In this document: piece by piece, positions 36,397 through 42,589 of the stretch
Numbering within the stretch: position 1 is the stretch's first letter
How the letters are laid out: each line of letters starts with the position of its first letter
NCBI GenBank assembly: GCA_964620475.1
Contig: CAZUJN010000002.1
Coordinates: 33,185-75,773 of the forward strand
Reading direction: 5' to 3'
Length of the DNA: 42,589 nt
From: an uncultured Candidatus Saccharibacteria bacterium
GTDB taxonomy: Bacteria > Patescibacteriota > Minisyncoccia > Phycocordibacterales > CAIZLB01
Made by a program: the position numbers and the translations under genes
Notes under the pieces: generated by a model
Told to the model about the DNA's origin: nothing
The model's input: the letters and a program-made list of their open reading frames with translations, nothing else
Databases searched by the model: none

Positions 36397-37193
36397 ATAT
36401 TAGATTTTACCAAGAAATCAGCTATATTTTGAACATCGACAAAACGATTTTTCTCTGTTGAATTTAAAACCAATATAAATATATCTCTACCTAAACCTTT
36501 CTGTACTGACACAAAAAGATTGCCACCTGACAAATCTGTATAACCCGTCTTGCCTCCTGTTAAAAATTTTAAATCTTTAACTATAATATTTGTATTATCT
36601 TTTGATTCAACTATAGTCTGATCAAATATCTCTGGATATTTATTATAATAATCTTTAATGAAATATATAATATCTATAGGTTTTCCTTGACCACCCGCTA
36701 TTCTATTACCATTTACATCTTTTATATCTAAACCACTAGCATTTCTAAAAAACAGATTATATTTACTAACCCTATAATTTATATATGAAATTTTATCTTG
36801 ATGATACATATTAAAAACATCAGCCAATTTTTCGGCTTCTCTATTATCAGATGTTTTCATCATATTACGTATATCATTTAATTTGGTTTTATCTTGTTCA
36901 TAGACCAAATATCCTGTCACTATTTTTGTTAATGAGGCCAATGAATATACTCTGTCTATATTCTTTTGTCCGAGTATTTTATTATTTTTAACATCATATA
37001 CTATAACCCCCTCTGCATATGTATTATCTATAATGTTTTGTAAATTAGATAAATCTTCATCACTATTTTTAAGATTTATAAAATTATCAACTATTTTATC
37101 AGGAACATTATTATAATTATCATCTATATAAGATAATATTAAAAATAATATAAATAATATTGATATAACTCTAAATAATCTAATTATTCTCAT
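36393..37193 (-). CDS. Compact D-Ala-D-Ala carboxypeptidase (peptidase S11-like)
   Basis: SLASLTK (SxxK), SDN (SxN), F.NASGL and GGKTGYT, with an N-terminal TM. Confidence 0.8.
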   Translation of the reverse strand: MRIIRLFRVISILFILFLILSYIDDNYNNVPDKIVDNFINLKNSDEDLSNLQNIIDNTYAEGVIVYDVKNNKILGQKNIDRVYSLASLTKIVTGYLVYEQDKTKLNDIRNMMKTSDNREAEKLADVFNMYHQDKISYINYRVSKYNLFFRNASGLDIKDVNGNRIAGGQGKPIDIIYFIKDYYNKYPEIFDQTIVESKDNTNIIVKDLKFLTGGKTGYTDLSGGNLFVSVQKGLGRDIFILVLNSTEKNRFVDVQNIADFLVKSNI

Positions 37194-37731
37194 CTTTCTT
37201 AAAGGTAGATAATTTATTTATAACCTCCTCGAAATCTGGCAATTGTTTTATGTCTGTAATACCAAGAAATGACAATAAATCTAGTGATGGTTTATAAAGA
37301 AAAGATCTTTCATCCTTAGGATCATCAACACGAGCTATAAGGCCTCTTATTAATAAATTTCTTAATATGAATTGAGAATTAACTCCTCTTATATAATCTA
37401 TATCCGCTCTCTTAATTGGACCCTGATAAAGTATTATAGCCAAAGTCTCCAACGCTGATTTACCTAACTCTTTTTGTAAATCATCTTTAATCATATTTTC
37501 AATGAAATCACTTACATCAACATGGGTACCTAAAGTTAACATATCATCATAATGAATAACCACTATACCTGTATCTGTTTTTTCTTTATCTTTTAATATA
37601 TCTATAGCTTTTTCAACCGTCTCCTGATCTATATCCAATAACTTCATAATAGATTTTATTGTAACAGGCTCACCTTTCCAAAATAGATAGGCTTCAATTT
37701 TTTGTGCAATTTTATTTATATTTTTATTCAT
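37180..37731 (-). CDS. scpB: Segregation and condensation protein B
   Basis: IEAYLF..GEP, LETLAII.YQGPI.RADIDYIRGVNS and LL.RGLI. Confidence 0.95.
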   Translation of the reverse strand: MNKNINKIAQKIEAYLFWKGEPVTIKSIMKLLDIDQETVEKAIDILKDKEKTDTGIVVIHYDDMLTLGTHVDVSDFIENMIKDDLQKELGKSALETLAIILYQGPIKRADIDYIRGVNSQFILRNLLIRGLIARVDDPKDERSFLYKPSLDLLSFLGITDIKQLPDFEEVINKLSTFKKDENN

Positions 37732-37741
37732 ATTTTTATAT

Positions 37742-38500
37742 CTATATATTATTATATTTACTTACATCTATTTCTTCAAATAAATCATTTTGCTTGGCCA
37801 TAATCATATTTTGTTTTATTAATTCCAATAATGCCAAGAAACTAACCACTATATGTTTCTTGTGCTGCTTAAATTCCTCTTCATCTTTATAATCTTTTCT
37901 TAATTTTCCAGAAAAACTTGTAAACTTGAAATTCCAAGCAGTAGTTAATCTTTCACTTAAACGACCCATCATCTCTTCTATGCTCACAGTCTTATGTATT
38001 TTGACCTTATCTATTTCTTTTTCTATTTTAGGGATTTTACTTAATACTTTATCTATAGATTCTCTAATGCTTGAAATATTTATATCGGGAGTTGGGGTAA
38101 ATATGACTATATCTTTCTTAAAATTACCCTGAAAATATAATACTTTTTTATTAAATAGCATTTCTATTTTTTGACCATATTCCCTCATCAGTTTTAAAAT
38201 ATTCAATCTTCTTTCCAGATCCTCTATCTCAACATCTTCCTCTTGTGTGACCTCAAGATTTGGTAATAATGATTTTGATTTTATCAAAAGTAATACTGAA
38301 GCTATAGAAACAAATTGGGTTTTATGTTTCAAATAAAATTCATCTTCTGTGTCTAATTGTTTAATGAAATTAACAAAATCCTCTGTTATTAAAGATAGAG
38401 ATATTTGATTTATTAATAATTTCCTCTTTTCAATCAAGTTCAAAAGTATATCGAGTGGTCCTTCAAAGTTTTCAGTTTTATATATATACTCTTTACTCAT
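37742..38500 (-). CDS. scpA: Segregation and condensation protein A
   Basis: FEGPLDILL.LI, LL.IKSK.LLP and VVSFLALLEL, adjacent to scpB. Confidence 0.95.
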   Translation of the reverse strand: MSKEYIYKTENFEGPLDILLNLIEKRKLLINQISLSLITEDFVNFIKQLDTEDEFYLKHKTQFVSIASVLLLIKSKSLLPNLEVTQEEDVEIEDLERRLNILKLMREYGQKIEMLFNKKVLYFQGNFKKDIVIFTPTPDINISSIRESIDKVLSKIPKIEKEIDKVKIHKTVSIEEMMGRLSERLTTAWNFKFTSFSGKLRKDYKDEEEFKQHKKHIVVSFLALLELIKQNMIMAKQNDLFEEIDVSKYNNI

Positions 38501-38503
38501 ATA

Positions 38504-39346
38504 TTAATTAATCTCTATAGACTTTAATTCTTTAAGAGCTATCTCTGCTTCGTCAACATTTGGAGCTTTTCCGTGCCAAATATAATTGTTCTCCATAAAA
38601 GATACCCCTTTTCCTGGTATAGTATTAGCAATAATTATAGAGGGTTTACCTTTTGTATTTTTAGCAATATTTATAGAATTTATAATTGCATTAATATCAT
38701 GTCCATCTATTTCCTGTACATGCCAATTGAAAGCTTCCCATTTTTTATTCATAGGATCCAATGGTAATACATCTTCAGTTTTTCCATCTATTTGTATATA
38801 ATTTCTGTCGACAAAAACTATCAAATTATCAAGTTTTTCTCTGGCACCCAATAAAGCAGCTTCCCAAATCTGACCTTCATTTTGTTCACCATCAGATATA
38901 AGACAATAAATATATTTTATATTATTATCTTTGAATTCTTTTTTATCTACCAATGCCATACCTATAGCTTGAGATAATCCAGAACCTAATGATCCCGAAC
39001 TCGTTTCCAACATAGGTAAAAATTCTCTATGTGGATGACCTTGTAATATAGAACCAAATTGTCTAAGCGTAAACAGCTTTTCCATAGGAAAATAATTTGC
39101 ATGTGCCATAGTAGCATATAATACTGGACATATATGGCCATTTGATAAAACAACTTTATCTCTGGCTTCCCAAAAAGGATTCCTAGGATCATGTCTTAAT
39201 TCCGAAAAATACAAAGTTGCAAATATATCAGACATACCTAAAGGTCCAGCACTATGACCTGATCCAGCTTTAACAAGCATTTCTATTATAGAAATTCTTA
39301 TATCTTTAGCTTTTTGTTTTATTAAATTTATTTTTTCTGTTTCCAT
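38504..39346 (-). CDS. Transketolase, N-terminal (TPP-binding) subunit
   Basis: GSGH..G, RD.VVLSNGH, LQGHP, SGSLG.GLS.A.G, SDGE.NEGQIWEA and GKG.SFME. Confidence 0.93.
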   Translation of the reverse strand: METEKINLIKQKAKDIRISIIEMLVKAGSGHSAGPLGMSDIFATLYFSELRHDPRNPFWEARDKVVLSNGHICPVLYATMAHANYFPMEKLFTLRQFGSILQGHPHREFLPMLETSSGSLGSGLSQAIGMALVDKKEFKDNNIKYIYCLISDGEQNEGQIWEAALLGAREKLDNLIVFVDRNYIQIDGKTEDVLPLDPMNKKWEAFNWHVQEIDGHDINAIINSINIAKNTKGKPSIIIANTIPGKGVSFMENNYIWHGKAPNVDEAEIALKELKSIEIN

Positions 39347-39359
39347 TTTTATATATTAT

Positions 39360-39854
39360 CTATTGTAGATTTATAGATGCATAAACATGATAATTTGAAT
39401 CAACTAATAATACATATTTATATACATCAAAAGATATATCACCGCCTTTCATATCTATATTATATTGTCTCATGCCATTATCTGTTATTAATGGACCGAA
39501 ATCTATATACTCTGTCTGATTTGTAACTTGTGGAGTATTGGTAAGCCATATATTTATCTTTTCATTACCTCTATTTGCACCCTCTACAGTCAAAACCAAT
39601 TTACCCAGACTCTTTTCTAAGGTTATTTTACCTACATATTTTGCATCGTCTGGATTAGCATATCTATATTGAGGCACATTTGAATAAGTTGGATATACTT
39701 GATTTATTTGATTAACATAATCGGTTCCAACCTGAAATGGTGATTTGTTTTTACCTATAACCACATTGGTTAAGAATGGTAACAAGACTAGAGCCTTAAT
39801 AGCAAGATAAATTATTAATAATATCAAAATTAATCCTATAAATTTTCTAATCAT
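39360..39854 (-). CDS. Membrane-anchored hypothetical protein, weakly DM13-like
   Basis: N-terminal TM. INIWLT...YIDFGPL...G.RQY.I....DIS...YKYVLL resembles the DM13 pattern from memory. Confidence 0.5.
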   Translation of the reverse strand: MIRKFIGLILILLIIYLAIKALVLLPFLTNVVIGKNKSPFQVGTDYVNQINQVYPTYSNVPQYRYANPDDAKYVGKITLEKSLGKLVLTVEGANRGNEKINIWLTNTPQVTNQTEYIDFGPLITDNGMRQYNIDMKGGDISFDVYKYVLLVDSNYHVYASINLQ

Positions 39855-39863
39855 GTATTTATT

Positions 39864-40574
39864 TTAACATAAATCTTTAAAATAATTTAAGTTTTCCCTG
39901 GGATTTCCTTTTGAAAATATAGCTGAACCTATCACAATCTCATCAACATTTTCAAATACATTATCAATTGTATCATCATTGATACCACCATCAACTCTTA
40001 ATGTTAAATTATTATATTTATGTCTAAGATCTTGAATCAATTCTATACATCTATCATCAAAAGATTGACCTTGAAAACCAATATTTTTTATAGTCATAAC
40101 TTGTAATAATTTTATATTTGATGATTGTATTAATTCATCTATTAGAGATTGTTGTTCGATATATTCATCATAAGTAAAAGCCAATATAACGTCTATCATA
40201 TATGATTGTATATCCGATATAAAACTATTAATATGTTCCCTGTCTTTGAATGAAGATAAATGAATAATAACCTTACTTGCACCTAGTCTACCCCAAATAT
40301 CAGTATGTAAATCTGGATTTTTAATCATTAAATCAAATTCATAATCAATATTTTCCCAATGAGGTAAGCCTATATCTTCGTTTAGCAGATCTTTAAGTAC
40401 AGAATTTTCCTCTATTCTATTGTTAGATGATTGACTATATGGCCATGTTTTTTGAGAAGTCATTAAACCATCACAAATATCTATGTGCACAATATCAGTA
40501 TCAACAGAGACAGAGTCTATTTTTCTTTCTATTTCTAAATAGTCTTTTTCCAATACAGCGGGTATTATTTTCAT
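39864..40574 (-). CDS. rpe: Ribulose-phosphate 3-epimerase
   Basis: IIPAVL, HIDICDG, FDLMI, QVMTI..GFQGQ.F, RVDGGIN and IGSAIF. Confidence 0.88.
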   Translation of the reverse strand: MKIIPAVLEKDYLEIERKIDSVSVDTDIVHIDICDGLMTSQKTWPYSQSSNNRIEENSVLKDLLNEDIGLPHWENIDYEFDLMIKNPDLHTDIWGRLGASKVIIHLSSFKDREHINSFISDIQSYMIDVILAFTYDEYIEQQSLIDELIQSSNIKLLQVMTIKNIGFQGQSFDDRCIELIQDLRHKYNNLTLRVDGGINDDTIDNVFENVDEIVIGSAIFSKGNPRENLNYFKDLC

Positions 40575-40578
40575 ATTT

Positions 40579-41043
40579 TTATTTTTTATCTATTTTATCT
40601 ATACGTCTAATATGTCTCTCATCACCTGAAAATTTTTCAGATAGCCAGATTTTCAACAATTCACCAGCTTCTTTTTCTTCTATAAATCTAGCGGCAAAAG
40701 ATATAACATTAGCATCATTATGCTCTCTAGTTAATTTAACTATATTTTGATTTAAATCAAAATCATTACCATATACCAGAATAGATCTAACATTTTCAAA
40801 TCTGTTTGCGCAAATATTTTCACCTTGACCAGATCCACCTATAATAATACCCCTATATTCTTCTGGGTTGTGATTTTTAGATATATATTCTCCAACACTT
40901 TTTACATAATCAGGATAATCATCATTTTCATCATACAAAAGAGGGCCAAAATCTGTGATCTCTAAGCCCATTTCTTCCAATAAACTTATAAAATATTTTT
41001 TTAATTCAAATCCTGCATGATCTGAAGCTATAGCTATTTTCAT
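40579..41043 (-). CDS. rpiB: Ribose-5-phosphate isomerase B (RpiB/LacA/LacB)
   Basis: IASDHAGFELK, DDYPDY, GGSGQG..I.ANR, REHNDANV and F.G.ERH.RRI.KI. Confidence 0.94.
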   Translation of the reverse strand: MKIAIASDHAGFELKKYFISLLEEMGLEITDFGPLLYDENDDYPDYVKSVGEYISKNHNPEEYRGIIIGGSGQGENICANRFENVRSILVYGNDFDLNQNIVKLTREHNDANVISFAARFIEEKEAGELLKIWLSEKFSGDERHIRRIDKIDKK

Positions 41044-41119
41044 ATTTATGATTATATCATGAAAAGAAAAAGACTTATACCGTTATGATATAAGCTTTTT
41101 CTAATAGATATTATTAATA

Positions 41120-41965
41120 TTATTTAAGTTCAGGCATTGGTATATTAGCACTTGAACATAGCAATAGATTCGCCTGTCTTTGTGTAGTCTTGTAGAAGTA
41201 TCCTGTTGATTTTGTTAAACCCCATGGTTTTAATACAGAATCAGTATATTTTTCTTGAAATGTTTTAACAGCTTTTTCTGTTAAATCACCAAAAAATCCT
41301 GTTGTTTTAATATTTAATAATTTTTGTAGTTTTTTAACTTCATTAATATCATTTTTCTTACCTTTTTTCATGTAAGTTTTAAACATATCAGCACAGTTTG
41401 GTTCTGTAGTTGTAGCTGTTGAAGTAGCTGAGATAACTGAACCTGATGTTATAGATGATATAGGTGAACCTGATGATATACCACCACCTATTGTTGAGCC
41501 ACTACCAAATGATGGACCAGAGAATGTAGACACCACTGGAGTTGATGTAGCTTCTGTTGAAGTAGATGTTGTCACAAGAAAAGTAACACAATCTGGATCA
41601 GCTAAACCTGTAAGTGTATCACCGTCAGCATCTGTACCAGCTGTACATGAAGTTAAAGTTTCTGAAGTTATTACTGGAATTACAAATGATGAACAATCTG
41701 GATCAGCAACGCCAACCAATGTATCACCATCAGCATCTGTACCAGCTGTACATGATTCTGATGTCTCTGGAGTAACAATAACAGTTAAAAATGAGGCACA
41801 ATCAGGATCTGATATACCTGTAAGTGTATCACCATCAGCATCTGTGCCAGCTGAACATGAAGTTGCATCTTCAACTGAAGGCAATGAAATAGCGAAAGTT
41901 TTTATTGATAATATACTTGAAAATGCTAAAAGCATTACAATTGATAATAATATTAATTTTTTCAT
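41120..41965 (-). CDS. Secreted surface protein: Cys/Asp repeats, Ser/Thr linker, peptidoglycan-binding domain
   Basis: Signal peptide MKKLILLSIVMLLAF, three C.AGTDADGDTL.G..DPDC repeats, and a C-terminal EVKKLQ..L...TGFFG.LT..AVK.FQ (PG_binding_1-like). Confidence 0.8.
   Translation of the reverse strand: MKKLILLSIVMLLAFSSILSIKTFAISLPSVEDATSCSAGTDADGDTLTGISDPDCASFLTVIVTPETSESCTAGTDADGDTLVGVADPDCSSFVIPVITSETLTSCTAGTDADGDTLTGLADPDCVTFLVTTSTSTEATSTPVVSTFSGPSFGSGSTIGGGISSGSPISSITSGSVISATSTATTTEPNCADMFKTYMKKGKKNDINEVKKLQKLLNIKTTGFFGDLTEKAVKTFQEKYTDSVLKPWGLTKSTGYFYKTTQRQANLLLCSSANIPMPELK
41589..41862. repeat. Three coding tandem repeats with 105-nt period
   Basis: CAATC(T/A)GGATC starts at 41589, 41694 and 41799, and each unit contains GTATCACC(A/G)TCAGCATCTGT. 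Confidence 0.9.
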
Positions 41966-41973
41966 AGGAAATA

Positions 41974-42002
41974 ATGATACCATTTATAGTTTTTTATGTC
42001 AA
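41974..42002 (-). promoter_or_regulatory. Promoter of the surface-protein gene
   Basis: TTGACA(42002-41997)-N17-TATCAT(41979-41974) with TGn, ATG 41965 8 nt downstream. Confidence 0.8.
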
Positions 42003-42004
42003 AT

Positions 42005-42057
42005 AAAAAGGCATCCTGCTGTTTGATGGCAGGATGCCGATTAGCCGAAAAGTCGGC
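42005..42057 (-). terminator. Double hairpin/terminator of unit 5
   Basis: Minus strand GCCGA-cttt-TCGGC, then the perfect stem GGCATCCTGC-catcaaaca-GCAGGATGCC plus T5. Confidence 0.85.
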
Positions 42058-42071
42058 AAAGCTGTGAATGT

Positions 42072-42589
42072 TCACGTTGGAGGCGGCGAGAATGATCCCG
42101 TAGCGATACGGAAGAATTTCCGCGGAGTTCCAGGATCATATACGAAGCTGATGGTTACCCCATTGCCGTTATCAACGATGGTAGCTTCCGGTGGGGTTAC
42201 CCCCGACCAAATAAGCAAATCAGTTGACTTCTCAATCCCCCAAAGAAGACCAAAGTCCCCGGGCAAAATGCCGGTGACCGGGAATGAAATCTTCCCATCA
42301 GCGATGACCGGGTTCCCTGTCACCGGGTTGATGACTGCTGTCACCCTCGACGAAGTCGAGATGGTGAAAGGGGTAACGATACCGTTGATGGTCGCATTGC
42401 CGGAAATCGAGCGTGAAAGCTCGTAATAATCTCCGGGTTTGGACATCTTCGGAAATGACCCGCCGAGAGTCACCTTGTGTTCGGTGATCCAAAGCGACGT
42501 TGGTGAGACAATAGCCGTGCCGACCAAACTACCCGACGGTGAAGTCGGCGAAGCAAAGATTGACGGAATACTGGTGTCTGACTCCGGAT
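42072..42589 (-). CDS. C-terminal part of a GC-rich, probably secreted beta-rich protein (unit 5, runs off the window end)
   Basis: The frame stays open upstream of the TTG at 42527 to the window edge (..PESDTSIPSIFASPTSPSGSLVGT..). It ends WGIEKSTDLLIWS...RKFFRI. About 60% GC in a sampled line. Confidence 0.75.
   Translation of the reverse strand, partial: PESDTSIPSIFASPTSPSGSLVGTAIVSPTSLWITEHKVTLGGSFPKMSKPGDYYELSRSISGNATINGIVTPFTISTSSRVTAVINPVTGNPVIADGKISFPVTGILPGDFGLLWGIEKSTDLLIWSGVTPPEATIVDNGNGVTISFVYDPGTPRKFFRIATGSFSPPPT

Noticed and set aside
41589-41862. 105-nt repeats as a CRISPR array or non-coding repeat
   Set aside because: They are in-frame, diverge at synonymous positions and encode a protein motif. 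No cas genes are present.
5842-42057. 3' hairpins of the GC-rich units as integron attC sites
   Set aside because: Only unit 3 has an RYYYAAC (ACTTAAC), and no unit has a matching GTTRRRY. The hairpins carry U-tracts, the units have their own promoters, and no integron integrase is in the window.
1-42589. Alternative genetic code (TGA=Gly, as in Gracilibacteria/Absconditabacteria)
   Set aside because: Core genes are full-length under code 11, conserved Gly/Trp use standard codons, and TGA acts as a stop (32455, 42072).
1-42589. tRNA, rRNA, tmRNA or riboswitch genes
   Set aside because: Intergenic gaps are short, and none showed T-loop/cloverleaf or riboswitch consensus. Only rnpB was supported.

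Overview
This is an AT-rich (about 30% GC in hand-counted sample lines) housekeeping region of a small-genome bacterium, very probably Patescibacteria/CPR (Parcubacteria-like), using standard code 11. It carries guaC (partial), a short holB-like gene, mreB, mscL, murJ, RNase P RNA, yqeY, leuS, bS21, ybeY, ftsA/ftsZ, trxB, trpS, two glycosyltransferases, efp, a HAD/PlsC pair, uvrA/uvrB, dedA, rsmI, radC, pyk, a permuted dcw cluster, scpAB and non-oxidative pentose-phosphate genes. No tRNA, rRNA, CRISPR array, transposase or integrase was seen. Three things stand out. (1) Five dispersed, GC-richer single-gene units (5353-5903, 17128-17565, 22262-23057, 32390-32940, 42005-end) sit between core genes. 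The four complete ones follow a 17-bp-spaced sigma70 promoter, all five end in a GC-rich hairpin plus U-tract, and those hairpins share motifs across otherwise unrelated units. (2) Core genes show a pervasive leaderless layout, with a -10 hexamer 6-9 nt before the start codon. (3) The RNase P RNA is structurally hybrid. Several ORF-track starts were corrected by hand.
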